A stretch of 64,000 nucleotides of DNA from an uncultured delta proteobacterium (GTDB lineage: Bacteria > Myxococcota_A > Polyangia > Polyangiales > JAFGIB01), in NCBI GenBank assembly GCA_963778655.1, contig CAVZVA010000005.1, positions 512,001-576,000 on the forward strand. Reading direction: 5' to 3'. Positions 30,959-41,748 of this stretch are shown piece after piece. Under the pieces are notes generated by a model. That model was not told the origin of the DNA, made no database searches, and saw only the letters and a list, made by a program, of their open reading frames with translations. The first letter of the stretch is position 1. Every line of letters begins with the position of its first letter. A program made the translations under genes and the position numbers.

Positions 30959-33328
30959 CTACCCCAGATAGAACACCGTGACCGCGTCGCCGCCCTCGCT
31001 GGCGTCGGCCGGGCGGCTCTCGCGCACGTGGGGCAGCGCGTGCTTGAGGTGCTTGCGCACCGCGTCGCGCAGCGCGCCCGTGCCGTGGCCGTGGAGCACG
31101 TAGCCCACGCGCAGGTCGGTGGTCGACAGCCGGTCGATGAAGCTCTCCATCAGGCTCAGCGCGTCGTCGACGCGCATGCCCTTGAGGTTGAGCGTGTTGT
31201 CTTGCGTGCGGGCGAGCACGATCACGGGCTCGGGCGCGCGCGGCAGCGTGGCCGGGGCCGGCGCCGGATCCGCCGGGCTCAGGTCGCTGCGCTGTACCCA
31301 CAGCTTGAGCGGGCCGACCGCAACGCGCACGCGGCCCTTGCTCGCTTCCTCGATCACGACCGCGTCAGAGCGCAGCCGCGCTACGTGCACGCGCGCGCCG
31401 GGACGGATCGCCTCGGGGTCGAGCGGCGCGCGCGCGCCTGTGGTGGCCGGCGCAGACGGCGCCAAATCGCCCCCGAGGGCGACCCGCGCCGCCACCGCGC
31501 TTGCACGCTTTTCGGCCTCGGCCAGCTCCTGCCTGCCCGCGTCCGCGCGTTTGGCCAGCGCGCGCGCGCCGGCGATCTCGGCACGCGCCTGGCCGACCTC
31601 GTGCTGCAGCACAGCGATCTCGCGCGTGACCGCCGCGTCGCCCTCGCGCCGCTGGCGCGCCAGCAGCGCCTGGGCTTCCGCGCGCGCGGCTTGCAACGCG
31701 GTCCGCTCGCGCTCGAGCGCGTCGCGCTCGGCCTGCAGCCGCCGCATTCGCTCGGCGAGCTCGGCGGCCAGACGCTCGAAATCGCCGGCCTGCTGCGGCA
31801 GCACGCGCCGCGCGAACGCCAGCACCGGCTCGGGCACCCCGAAGCGCCGCGCAACCACCAGCGCGCTCGACACGCCCGGCACGTCCATGGTCAGCGCGAA
31901 GGTCGGCTCCATGCGCTCGAGGTCGAAGCCCACCGAGGCCGAGCGCAGCCTGGCGTCGCTGAGCGAGAACGCCTTGAGCTGCTCGTAGTGCGTAGTGACC
32001 GCGAGCGCCGCGCCGCGGGCGCACAAGGCGTCGACGATCGCGCACGCCAGCGCGGCCCCCTCCTGCGGATCGGTGCCGGTGGCCAGCTCGTCGAGCAGCG
32101 CCACCGAGCGCGAGTCGGCGGCAGCCAGAATCGCAGTCAGGTTGGTGATGTGCGCCGAGAAGGTCGATAGGCTCTTGGCGGTCGACTGTTCGTCGCCGAC
32201 GTCGGTCAGGATCTGCTCGAAGAAGCCCACGCGGCTGCGCTCGGCGGCCGCGATCGGCAGCCCGTGGCGGACCATCAACGCGCACAGCCCGAGCGTCTTC
32301 AGCAGCACCGTCTTGCCGCTGGCGTTGGGCCCCGAGATCACCAGCCCGCGTCCAGCCTCGATCGCGATGTCGTTGGCGAGCGCCGGCCCGCCGTCCAGCA
32401 CCAGCAAGGGATGGCGCGCGGCGACCAGCTCGAGCGCGCTGTCCTCGCACAGCTGCGGCACGCTGCCGCCGAGGTCGCGACCGAGCAGCGCCGCCGCGTT
32501 GCGCAGGTCGATGCGATCGAGCGCCTCGGCGGCGGCGCCCAGGCTCGGCAAGTGCTCGCGCGCGCGCTCGCAAAGCGCGCTGAGCACGCGCTGTTCCTCG
32601 CGCTCGAGCTCGGACTCGGCCAGCTTGAGCCGGTTGCCCTGCGCGAGCACCGGCCGCGGCTCCACGAACACGCTGGCGCCGCTCTGACTGGTGCCGTGCA
32701 CGATGCCCGCCACCCGCTCGTGGGCGTCGCGCCGCACCGGCAGCACGTAGCGGCCTTCGCGCACCGTGTAGTAACGGTCCGAGAGCACGTCTTCGTAGCG
32801 TTCGATCAGCTGCTGCAGGCGGCCGGCGATGCGCTCGCGCAGGCTGGCTATCTCCTGGCGCAGGCGCCTGATCTCGGGGCTGGCGCGCTCGGAAAGCGTG
32901 CCGTCCGGGTCGAGCGCGCCGTCGAGCAACTCCTCGAGCGCGTCGAGCGCGGGATCGGTCGAGCAGGCCGCGTGCAGCGCGGGCGCGTGCATGCGCTGGG
33001 AGGCGAGGAAGGCGCGCAGCTGGCGCGCGTTGCGCAGGGTACACAGGATGTCCGAAAGCGCGCTCGCCGGCAGCGAGCCCTGGCGCTCGAGCAGCGAGAG
33101 GTGCATGCCGATGTCGCGCAGGTCCTGCAGCGGAACGCGCTCGCCGCGCTCGAGCCAGGCCAGCGCCTCGCCGGTCTCACGCAGCAGCAGCGTGGCGCGC
33201 TCGCGTGTGGCCGCCAGCTCGAGCCCCTTGCGCGCGGCCGACTGGCCGCGGCAGCGCGCCTGCACCGCCGCCGCCAATCGCGGCCATTCCAGGTGCTCGA
33301 AGGCCTTGTCCTGCCACGAAGCGGTCAT
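30959..33328 (-). CDS. mutS2: MutS2 family protein with Smr domain
   Basis: SGPNASGKT, STFSAH, LDELATGTDP, TTHY, HGHGTGALR, GGDAVT. Confidence 0.93.
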   Translation of the reverse strand: MTASWQDKAFEHLEWPRLAAAVQARCRGQSAARKGLELAATRERATLLLRETGEALAWLERGERVPLQDLRDIGMHLSLLERQGSLPASALSDILCTLRNARQLRAFLASQRMHAPALHAACSTDPALDALEELLDGALDPDGTLSERASPEIRRLRQEIASLRERIAGRLQQLIERYEDVLSDRYYTVREGRYVLPVRRDAHERVAGIVHGTSQSGASVFVEPRPVLAQGNRLKLAESELEREEQRVLSALCERAREHLPSLGAAAEALDRIDLRNAAALLGRDLGGSVPQLCEDSALELVAARHPLLVLDGGPALANDIAIEAGRGLVISGPNASGKTVLLKTLGLCALMVRHGLPIAAAERSRVGFFEQILTDVGDEQSTAKSLSTFSAHITNLTAILAAADSRSVALLDELATGTDPQEGAALACAIVDALCARGAALAVTTHYEQLKAFSLSDARLRSASVGFDLERMEPTFALTMDVPGVSSALVVARRFGVPEPVLAFARRVLPQQAGDFERLAAELAERMRRLQAERDALERERTALQAARAEAQALLARQRREGDAAVTREIAVLQHEVGQARAEIAGARALAKRADAGRQELAEAEKRASAVAARVALGGDLAPSAPATTGARAPLDPEAIRPGARVHVARLRSDAVVIEEASKGRVRVAVGPLKLWVQRSDLSPADPAPAPATLPRAPEPVIVLARTQDNTLNLKGMRVDDALSLMESFIDRLSTTDLRVGYVLHGHGTGALRDAVRKHLKHALPHVRESRPADASEGGDAVTVFYLG

Positions 33329-33344
33329 GCAGCGGGCGGCACGC

Positions 33345-34925
33345 TCATGGCGAGAACTTCTCGTATTCGTCGGCCGAGGCGGGCGGGTTTTGCCGTGCCG
33401 GGGACGTATGGCTCGCGCTGCGTCGCAGCTTGCGCGACCGGTGCCGCTCCTTGGGAGCGGGCGCCGGGCTTTCGGCACGCGCGGCAGGGTGCGGCGCCGG
33501 TTTCAGCTCCACGGTGCGCGTGCTCTCGGCGGCGGAGAGATCGAGCGTCTGCGGCAGGTAGCCGACCAGGCTGACCCGCAGCCGCAGCGTGCGATCCTCC
33601 TGCACCTCGAGCGGCAGCGGGGTCGAGCCCATGAAGCGGCCGGCGTTCCACACGTTCGCGCCCGGCGGCACGCTGGTCAGCGTAACGACGCGCGTGGCCG
33701 GCGGCGGCACCGGCGCGGCTGCGCCCGGCGTGCCCGCGGTCGCAGGCGGCGCTGCCGGCGCTGCCGACGCGACCATGTCGGCGGGATGCTGTCCCGCCGG
33801 TTCGCCTGCGCTGCCGGCCGGCGGCCGCGCGCGCTCGACGCCGAGCGCGAAGGTGCTGGTCGCCGCAGCCAACAGCAGCGCTGCGCCGGCGGCCAGCGCC
33901 CAGCGCGCCCAGCTCGGCGCAGCCAGCGCCGAAGCCAGCAGGCGCCGGCCCCGGCGCGGCATGTGCTCGATCAGCTCGGCGTCTCGCAGGCAGCGCAGCA
34001 GCGCATGCTCGAATTCGTCCGCGTCCTGAAAGCGCAGCGCGGGCGACTTGTTCAGTGCCTTGTCGAGCACGCGCTGCAAGCTCGGCGGAAAGGTGCGCCC
34101 GGGCGCGGCCACTCGCAGCGGGGGCGGCTGCTCGCGGATGTGCTTGGCCATGACGATCACCGCGTCTTTGTCCACGAACGGCGGCTCGCCCACCAGCAGC
34201 TCGTACAGCACGATGCCCACCGCGTAGAGGTCGCTGCGGTGATCGAGCGGCTTGCCCTGCGCCTGTTCGGGCGACATGTAGCGCGGCGTACCGAACACGG
34301 TACCGTCGAGCGTCTCGAACTGATCGAGCTTGCGCTCGCCCTCGATCGACTTGGCGATGCCGAAGTCCAGCACCTTGGCCACCGGCTCGCTCTGGCCGTC
34401 GACCCGCGCCAGGAAGATGTTGTCGGGCTTGATGTCGCGATGGATGATGCCCTTGGCGTGCGCCTCTCCAAGCGAGCGCAGCACCTGGCGTACCCAGCCG
34501 ATCGCCTCGGCCGTGCTCACCGCTTCGTCGCGCCCCAGGCGGTGAGTCGCCAGCTCGCCTTCCAGCAGCTCCATCGCCAGGAACAGCAGACCTTGCGGGG
34601 TGGCCCCGAAGTCGTACACGCGCACGGTGTTCGGGTGGGCCAGCGCGCTCATCGCGCGCGCCTCGCGCTCGAAGCGCGCGACCACGTCGCCGCCCGATTC
34701 CTGCTGGCGTTTGAGCACCTTGAGCGCGATCGGACGTCCCAGGCCGACCTGCTCCGCGCGATACACCGCCCCCATCGCTCCGGCGCCGATGCGCTCGAGC
34801 ACGCGGTACCGATCGAGCAGCGTGGTCCCTAGCAGTGGATCTGGTGGGGCGATGGTCTGCCCTCCGTCCGTGCCGTCCGGGAGATCTGTCCGTACACCCG
34901 GGCCCATCGGCCTGTAGGATAGCAT
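33345..34925 (-). CDS. Membrane Ser/Thr protein kinase with PEGA domain
   Basis: [34 protein letters not shown] helix, SVPPGANV...GSTP. Confidence 0.9.
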   Translation of the reverse strand: MLSYRPMGPGVRTDLPDGTDGGQTIAPPDPLLGTTLLDRYRVLERIGAGAMGAVYRAEQVGLGRPIALKVLKRQQESGGDVVARFEREARAMSALAHPNTVRVYDFGATPQGLLFLAMELLEGELATHRLGRDEAVSTAEAIGWVRQVLRSLGEAHAKGIIHRDIKPDNIFLARVDGQSEPVAKVLDFGIAKSIEGERKLDQFETLDGTVFGTPRYMSPEQAQGKPLDHRSDLYAVGIVLYELLVGEPPFVDKDAVIVMAKHIREQPPPLRVAAPGRTFPPSLQRVLDKALNKSPALRFQDADEFEHALLRCLRDAELIEHMPRRGRRLLASALAAPSWARWALAAGAALLLAAATSTFALGVERARPPAGSAGEPAGQHPADMVASAAPAAPPATAGTPGAAAPVPPPATRVVTLTSVPPGANVWNAGRFMGSTPLPLEVQEDRTLRLRVSLVGYLPQTLDLSAAESTRTVELKPAPHPAARAESPAPAPKERHRSRKLRRSASHTSPARQNPPASADEYEKFSP

Positions 34926-35129
34926 GCGTGCAGGTCCTCTGGTGGCTCCCTTGTCGTCGATCAAAGCGGCACAATTCCAGTACCTTGGCCCGTTGCGCAA
35001 GGGTCACCGTGGGGGGCATCCGCTTGCGCAGTAGCGGGCGGGCGCGGCCGCACGGCGGGGCTGAGTCGGGCGCTTGACTCGCGCGCGAAATCTTTCCACC
35101 GTGACAGTCCGCCAGCCAGAGGAGACGAC

Positions 35130-36548
35130 ATGAAGGTCTACGACAAGCTCTTGATCAACGGCGACTGGGTCACCCCGAACGGCAAGGGGACGATCGACGT
35201 GATCAACGCCGCCACCGAAGAGGTGATGGGCCGCGTGCCCGAGGGCACCGCCGCCGACATCGACCGCGCGGTCAAGGCCGCGCGCGCCGCCTTCCCGGCA
35301 TGGTCCGCGACCCCGCCGGCCAAGCGCGCCGAGTACCTGCAGAAGATCTCGGCCGGGCTCGCGGCCCGTGGCGACGAGCTGGCGGCGCTGATCTCGCAGG
35401 AGGTCGGCATGCCGCTGCCGCTCAGCAAGATGATCCAGGCGGGGCTGCCCACGATGAACTTCGGCGTCTACGCCAAGCTCGGAAGCGAGCTCGCGTACGA
35501 GGAGCAGGTCGGCAACTCGCTCGTGCTCAAGGAGCCAGTCGGCGTGGTCGGCTGCATCACGCCGTGGAACTACCCGCTCCACCAGATCGCGGCCAAGGTC
35601 GCGCCCGCGCTGGCGGCCGGGTGCACCGTGGTGCTCAAGCCGAGCGAGGTCGCCCCGCTCAACGCCTTCCTGCTGGCGGAGGTGATTCAGCAGGTCGAGC
35701 TGCCTGCCGGCGTGTTCAACCTGGTCACCGGCTACGGCCCCGTGGTCGGCGAGGCCCTCGCCGCTCATCCCGAGGTCGACATGATCTCCTTCACCGGGTC
35801 GACGCGGGCTGGCCGCCGCGTGTCCGAGCTCGCGGCGCAGACCATCAAGCGCGTGCACCTGGAGCTCGGGGGCAAGTCGGCGAGCGTGGTGCTCGACGAC
35901 GCGGACTTCGAGAAGGCGGTCGCCGGCACCGTGCGCAATTGCTACATGAACTCGGGCCAGACCTGCAGTGCGCACACGCGCCTGCTGGTGCCCAAGTCGC
36001 GCCGCGACGAGGCGGTGGCGATCGCGAAGAAGACGGCCGAGACCTTCACCGTGGGCGATCCGATGGGCGGTGCCGCGCGGCTGGGGCCGCTGGTTTCGGC
36101 GGCGCAGCGCGACCGCGTGCGCGGCTACATCAAGAAAGGCATCGAGCAGGGGGCCACCCTCGTCACCGGTGGCGCGGAGGCGCCCGCGGGGCTGGCCAAG
36201 GGCTACTTTGTCAAACCCACCGTGTTCGCGGACGTGAAGAACGACATGGCCATCGCGCAGGAGGAGATCTTCGGGCCTGTGCTGTCGATCTTGACCTATG
36301 AGGACGAGCAGGAGGCGATCCGCATCGCCAACGACACCATCTACGGTCTGGCGGGCGCGGTGTGGTCGGGCGACCCGGAGCGCGCCAAGCGCGTCGCGCG
36401 CAAGCTGCGCACCGGGCAGATCGACATCAACGGCGGCAACTTCAACCTGATGGCGCCTTTCGGCGGCTACAAGCAGTCCGGGCACGGCCGCGAGATGGGC
36501 AAGTTCGGCCTGGACGAGTTCTTGGAGCTGAAGTCGCTGCAGAGCTGA
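35130..36548 (+). CDS. NAD(P)-dependent aldehyde dehydrogenase
   Basis: PWNYP, KPSE, FTGST, ELGGKS, GQTC, EEIFGP. Confidence 0.95.
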   Translation: MKVYDKLLINGDWVTPNGKGTIDVINAATEEVMGRVPEGTAADIDRAVKAARAAFPAWSATPPAKRAEYLQKISAGLAARGDELAALISQEVGMPLPLSKMIQAGLPTMNFGVYAKLGSELAYEEQVGNSLVLKEPVGVVGCITPWNYPLHQIAAKVAPALAAGCTVVLKPSEVAPLNAFLLAEVIQQVELPAGVFNLVTGYGPVVGEALAAHPEVDMISFTGSTRAGRRVSELAAQTIKRVHLELGGKSASVVLDDADFEKAVAGTVRNCYMNSGQTCSAHTRLLVPKSRRDEAVAIAKKTAETFTVGDPMGGAARLGPLVSAAQRDRVRGYIKKGIEQGATLVTGGAEAPAGLAKGYFVKPTVFADVKNDMAIAQEEIFGPVLSILTYEDEQEAIRIANDTIYGLAGAVWSGDPERAKRVARKLRTGQIDINGGNFNLMAPFGGYKQSGHGREMGKFGLDEFLELKSLQS

Positions 36549-36568
36549 GGGCAAGGCCGCACAGCAAA

Positions 36569-36594
36569 GCGGGAGGGTCACGCGAGCCTCCCGC
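36569..36594. terminator. Hairpin between convergent genes
   Basis: GCGGGAGG / CCTCCCGC 8-bp stem; short T-run on the minus strand. Confidence 0.5.
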
Positions 36595-36677
36595 GTGGCT
36601 CGATTCGCGCGCCCCATGCCTGGGAGCACCCGTGCGGGCGGGCTCGAGAAGGGCGAGCCTTCCGCCGATCGTGCGGG

Positions 36678-37526
36678 TCAGAATTGCGCGCGCAGCTGCA
36701 ACAGCGCACCGTGCTGGTCGATTGCGAGCGCGGCAGTCGGCGTGTCGCGCCGGGGTGCCGCCTTGGGCTCGCGCAGCAAGAACAGCAGGCCCGCGGTGAC
36801 CACCAGCGCGGCGCCTGCGCCAGTCAGGATGTCGGACGAGAGCGCCAGCGTGTGAGCCTGGTTGATCAGGCCCTGACGCTTGGCCAGGCTTCCGTCCCTG
36901 CCGGCCACGAAGCGCCGCACATCGCTCTGGCGCTGCAACGCCAGCACGCCGGTCACCGCGCCTCCTGCTAGCAGGGCGGCACCGCTGCCCAGCGTGCTCC
37001 AGAACCAGAAGTCCGCTCGCCCGAAGCCGCGCGACGCCGGCTGGCCGGCCGCCGCAGCGGCCGACGCATTGGGCTTGGGCTCGACCGCGAGCCGGCCCTC
37101 CAGCCGGCGCAGCGTCCCCAGCGCCTTCTTGCGTTCGGCGGCCTGCGATTCCGGCAGCACCAGCAGGTACTTGCGGTAGTAGGTGATCGCCTCCCGCACG
37201 TTGCCCAGCAGCTCGGAGGTGTAGGCCACGTTGTACAGCAGGTTGGGCGAGCTCGGATCCAGCGCCAGCGCCGCCTTGAGCTCCACGATCGCCTCCGAGT
37301 AGCGTCCCGCGCGGAAGAAGTCGCGCCCCTTTTGGTAGTGCTCGAGCGCTTCGGGAGGGGCCTGCTCGGACGTTGCGTGCTCGGGCGCCTCCTGCGGGGC
37401 GGGCGTCTTCTCGCTTGCGGGCGGCTCGTCCGCGCGCGCTTGCTCCCGCGCGTGCAGCAGCAGGGCGCACGCCAGCACCAACGGCACCCAGATGCCGCCG
37501 CATCGTCCCTTCCGTCCGCGTTGCAT
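36678..37526 (-). CDS. Secreted TPR protein with hydrophobic C-terminal helices
   Basis: Signal peptide; YQKG..FRAGRYSEA, LLYNVA TPR pattern; common myxobacterial architecture. Confidence 0.75.
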   Translation of the reverse strand: MQRGRKGRCGGIWVPLVLACALLLHAREQARADEPPASEKTPAPQEAPEHATSEQAPPEALEHYQKGRDFFRAGRYSEAIVELKAALALDPSSPNLLYNVAYTSELLGNVREAITYYRKYLLVLPESQAAERKKALGTLRRLEGRLAVEPKPNASAAAAAGQPASRGFGRADFWFWSTLGSGAALLAGGAVTGVLALQRQSDVRRFVAGRDGSLAKRQGLINQAHTLALSSDILTGAGAALVVTAGLLFLLREPKAAPRRDTPTAALAIDQHGALLQLRAQF

Positions 37527-37613
37527 GGCCGGGGCGTACGCTAGCGCGTGTGCCCGGCGGATTCCAAGCATGCGCATGCAGGCAACCCTCGCCCACCCCA
37601 CCCGGAGGGTGCT

Positions 37614-40117
37614 ATGTGGGTCGGCATGTGCAGGCTGAAGCGGGCGGCCGCGCTCGCGCTGACATCGCTGTCCGTGGCGAGCCTGGCGCACGCTCAGTTC
37701 CACCGCGCCACCGACCCGGTCGCTACCCCCGCATCCTCCCTGATCTTGCAGGACGATGCGCTTGCGATGGACGTCAATCCAGCCGCGCTGGGGCGCCTTC
37801 CCGCTTACAGCGTCGCGCTTTTGCACAGCGAGGTCGACCAGCGGGGCAGCTGGCTGGGCCAGGGCGACGCGCTTTACCTGGCGAGCCCCATCTTCGGCCC
37901 GCTCGCGCTGGGAGTGACGGTCCAGAGCATTCGACCCGGCCCGTGGGCCGCGCGCCCCCCGGGCGACAGCGCCGCCGATCGCGCGATGGCCGCGCTCGGC
38001 ATCGCCCTGTCACCCAACGGCAGCTTCAGCCTGGGCCTGACCACGCGCACCTTCGCCTCCGGCAATGGTCGCTTCGACGGCCTGACCGCGATCGACGTCG
38101 GCGCGCTGTTCCGGCCCGATCCGCGGCTCAGCCTGGGGCTGGTCGGACGGGACCTGTTCGTGTCGCGCAGCGGCTTCGGCACTGCCGGCCTCGACCTGGG
38201 GTCTTCGGGTGTGCTGTCCGTGGGCCTGCGACCGCTCGGCAACGACGCGCTGACGCTCGACCTCGGCCTCGAGCGCGCCTTGCACAGCGGCGCCGCGGTA
38301 GGCGGGCGCGGCGGCGTGGCGCTCCAGATCCCCTACGTTGGCACGGCTTCGGGTCTGGTCGAGGTCGAGGACTTGGGTCACCCCGACGCCGCGCTGCGGG
38401 TGGTGGCGGAGCTCGCGGTGAGCATGGGCCGCGCCAGCGCGCTCGGCGGCGGCACGCTCGGCAGCGGTCTCGGCAAGCGCGTCGGCTGGTATGCGATGCT
38501 GCGCAGCGAGGGCCAGGACCGCCCCGGCATCCCGGCGCCCGTGCGCGTGCTCGACCTGAAGCTCGCCGGGCTGTCCTCCCGCGGCCAGATCGCCGCCGTG
38601 CTGGCGCTCGAGCGCGCCCGCACCGATCCGCGTATCGGCGGCGTGCTGATCAGGCCGCGCAACTCTGGCATCGGCATGGCCTACGCCCAGGAGCTGCGCC
38701 TGCAGATCCGTTCGCTGCGCGCCGCCGGCAAGCCGGTGGTGTGCCACATGGACTCCGCGAGCGGATCCGAATACTACGCCTGTGCTGGCGCCAACGAGAT
38801 CCTGCTCGATCCCGCCGGCGACGTGCGCCTGCTCGGCAACGCCAGCAACGCGCTGCTGTTCGGCGAGACGTTGCGCAAGATCGGGGTGCGCGCGGACTTC
38901 GTGCGCATCGGTCCCTACAAGAGCGCGCCCGAACAGTACACCCAGGGCCAGCTGAGCGAGGCGGCGCGCGCCGAGACCTCGGCGCTGCTCGACGACGCGC
39001 ACCACCGCGAGCTCGTGGATCTGGCCGCCGATCTGCACGTGTCGCAGCAGCGGGTCGCCGAGATCATGGATCAGGGTCCGCACCTGGCGCAGGCCGCCAT
39101 CCATGCCGGGTTGATCAAAGCGAGCGCCGACGACCACGACTTCGACGATGCGCTGGCCGTGTTCGGCGGTCGTCGCGTGACCAGCACCCTGCCCGCTGCC
39201 GAGCCGCGAAGCTGGAGCAAACGCCCCTCGATCGGCGTCGTCGTGGTGGACGACGACATCGTCGACGGCGAGAGCGTGGAGATCCCCTTCGTGGATATCC
39301 ATATGACCGGCGGCGAGACCGTGATCGCCCAGCTCGACGCGATGGCCAAGGATCCGAACATCCGCGCGATCGTGCTGCGCGTGGATTCACCCGGCGGCGC
39401 CGTCCAAGCGTCGGACAAGATCTGGCGCGCCGTCCGCCGCGCCCGGCGGCACAAGCCGGTGATCGCGTCGATGGGAGCGGTAGCCGCCAGCGGTGGCTAC
39501 TACGTGGCGTCGGCGGCGGACGAGATCTGGGCCGACCCCACTACGCTCACGGGCTCGATCGGCATCTTCTACGGGAAGGTCGACGTGGTCGGCTTGGCGA
39601 ACATGCTCGGCGTGCACATCGAGACTTTCAAGCGTGGCAAGCGCGCCGGAGCGGAGAGCATCTTCCAACCCTTCACCGACGACGAGCGCGCGGCGCTGGC
39701 CGATTTGATGCGCAGCTACTACCGCTTGTTTCTCGAGCGGGTGGCCGAGGGACGCGGATGTTCGTCGAGGCCGTCGACGTGCTCGGCCGCGGGCGGGTCT
39801 ACTCGGGAGACGCGGCGCAGCGCCTGGGCTTGGTCGATCGGCTGGGCGGGCTGGCGTCCGCGTTGATCCGCGCGCGCCAGCTCGCAGGCCTCGGCGCGGA
39901 CGCCGGTGTGGTGGTACGGCCGCTGCGCAAGACCAGCTTGCTCGACTACGTCCTGGGTCCCTCCGAATCCGCCGCCTCGACGCCTCCATCGGCGCAGAGC
40001 GGCGCCTCGATCCGAGTGCCGCCGCAGCTGCGCTCGCTGCTGCGCATGGTGGGCGCGCTGCAGGAGCTGGGACAGGGCGAGCCACTGGCGTTGATGCCAT
40101 TCGAGCTTCAGCTCTAG
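37614..40117 (+). CDS. sppA: Large SppA with a putative N-terminal beta-barrel; -1 frameshift near 39757
   Basis: GGAGG ribosome-binding site; signal peptide; NPAAL then alternating beta strands; GPYKSA, VDSPGG, AASGGYY; GRVYSG and the C-terminus lie in the other frame ending at 40117. Confidence 0.82.
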
Positions 40118-40279
40118 TCCCCTGGAACAGTGATAGCTGTGCAATATCGGCTCGGAATCGGCGTTGCTCGCAAGGCGCGCGACGCAGGACGGGTAGGCCC
40201 CCTTTCAAGGAGCGCAACGCCGCGAGCAGCGTCGAGGGCGTGTCGAGATTGCGTTAGAAATCACTGTTCCAGGGACTAG
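40114..40279. mobile_element. MITE-like non-autonomous palindromic element (166 bp)
   Basis: Terminal inverted repeats CTAGTCCCCTGGAACAGTGAT / ATCACTGTTCCAGGGACTAG plus internal fold-back; no ORF. Confidence 0.7.
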
Positions 40280-40282
40280 CGA

Positions 40283-40476
40283 GGCTGCGCCTCAGACCCA
40301 CGAGAGATGCTGGTCTACTCACGTCAAGACAGGACCTCGCTTCTGTGACCGGGAGGGGCACGCGACCCTCTCGCCCCGCCAGCAGAGCTGTCGGGGCCCC
40401 ACCCTCCCGCGGGGTCGCTTCGCTCCGCTTTGGGAGACCTGACTCATCTGTGCAGATCCGCTGGCCCAAGGCAGTC
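40283..40476. ncRNA. Candidate 6S-like structured RNA (or a second palindromic element)
   Basis: About 195-nt irregular hairpin with a central unpaired region (folded by hand); not tested against a covariance model. Confidence 0.4.
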
Positions 40477-40502
40477 TAGCAAGGCCGCAGGGAGCGACGT
40501 CG

Positions 40503-41000
40503 ATGGACGCTCTAGACAACACGTGGCTGGTGCCCATCCTGCTCGCGGCAGTCGCGTGCAACGCCCACCCGCAGTCGAACGCGGCCTCGGAGCTGAGCGC
40601 ATCGCCGGAGACGCACCTCGAGGCGACGGTGGCCAAGGGTGCGGCGCCTGCGGAGCTGGTCGCCGGCATGGCCAAGCGCTATGCGCAGGCGCTGGTGGTG
40701 GACGGACCTTTGCTGCAGGGTGAGCTTCGGCAGGGCGCGCACCGCGACTTCCTGCTGGTGCTGCGCGGTGGCTCCTGCTACCGCGTGTTGGGCGCCGCTG
40801 GAGAGGGCGTCGAGGATCTCGATCTGCTGCTCTACGACCCCAACGGTGTCGAGGTGCAGCAGGATCCCCAGCAAGACCGCTTTCCAGTGCTCGGCCTGCA
40901 GTCCGAGCTGTGCCCGCCCGTCAGCGGTGCATACCGGCTTCAGACGTTGATGTACCGGGGCGCCGGACCCTACGCGCTGCGCGTCTACCGTACGCCCTGA
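40503..41000 (+). CDS. Lipoprotein with a PPC-like beta-sandwich
   Basis: Lipobox AVAC; CYRV, DLDLLLYDPNG, G.Y.L pattern. Confidence 0.7.
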   Translation: MDALDNTWLVPILLAAVACNAHPQSNAASELSASPETHLEATVAKGAAPAELVAGMAKRYAQALVVDGPLLQGELRQGAHRDFLLVLRGGSCYRVLGAAGEGVEDLDLLLYDPNGVEVQQDPQQDRFPVLGLQSELCPPVSGAYRLQTLMYRGAGPYALRVYRTP

Positions 41001-41127
41001 GGCTGCGCGCGCGGCCCGCAACGGGCCGGATGCTGGTATACCTCGGGGCGATGTCCGTGCTTCGCACCCGCCCCCTGCATGAGGCCCCACCCGCGCTGGG
41101 CGCGCGGCGCCGGTTGGAGTCGCGCGC

Positions 41128-41628
41128 GTGAGCGAGCAGGTCGGCCACGTGGTGCTGCTGGCGGCAGGGGCGCTGTTCGTCGCGTTTGTGTTCCTCAAGC
41201 TGTTGGCGCCCGTGCGCGGCGGCGCGGCCCAGGGTCGCGAGGGCAAGCGGCGCATCGCCGAAGCCATGGCGCGCGCGCGCGACCGGGCGCTGACCGCGGC
41301 GCAGCGCGCGGCGGCACTGCGCGAGGCGGCCGCGATCGCGCTCGAGATCGGGCGCCCCGGTCTGGCGTCGAGCTATGCGCACCGCGCCGAGCGCCTCGAT
41401 CCGCACGACGCGGCCGCCGTAGGGCTGCTCGCGACCGCGTTGCGGCGGGCGTCGCGCTTCCGCGCTCTGGAGCGCTTGTTGTGGCGGCGCATCGCCGGCG
41501 GCGATGCCGGCGACGAGGGCGGCACACGCGCGCTGCAAGAGCTGATCGCGCTCTACGACGGGCCGCTCAAGCGCCCGGAGATTGCGGCCGGGCTGCGCAA
41601 GCTGGAGGCTCCGAGCGAGCGAGCGTGA
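41128..41628 (+). CDS. Membrane-anchored helical hypothetical protein
   Basis: N-terminal TM helix, TPR-like helices; fits between neighbours without overlap. Confidence 0.6.
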   Translation: MSEQVGHVVLLAAGALFVAFVFLKLLAPVRGGAAQGREGKRRIAEAMARARDRALTAAQRAAALREAAAIALEIGRPGLASSYAHRAERLDPHDAAAVGLLATALRRASRFRALERLLWRRIAGGDAGDEGGTRALQELIALYDGPLKRPEIAAGLRKLEAPSERA

Positions 41629-41688
41629 GCTGGGCGCGTCCGGCCCGAGGACGCCCCTGCAAGCGGCCGCGCGTCTCACGCGGGAAAG

Positions 41689-41725
41689 GAAAAAGGCCGG
41701 ACCTCTCGCGAGATTCCGGCCTCTT
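41689..41725 (-). terminator. Rho-independent terminator
   Basis: Minus strand AGGCCGGAATCTCGCGAGAGGTCCGGCCTTTTT, just after the Gly-rich gene. Confidence 0.8.
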
Positions 41726-41748
41726 CACGATTGCGTCAGGTCGCGTTC

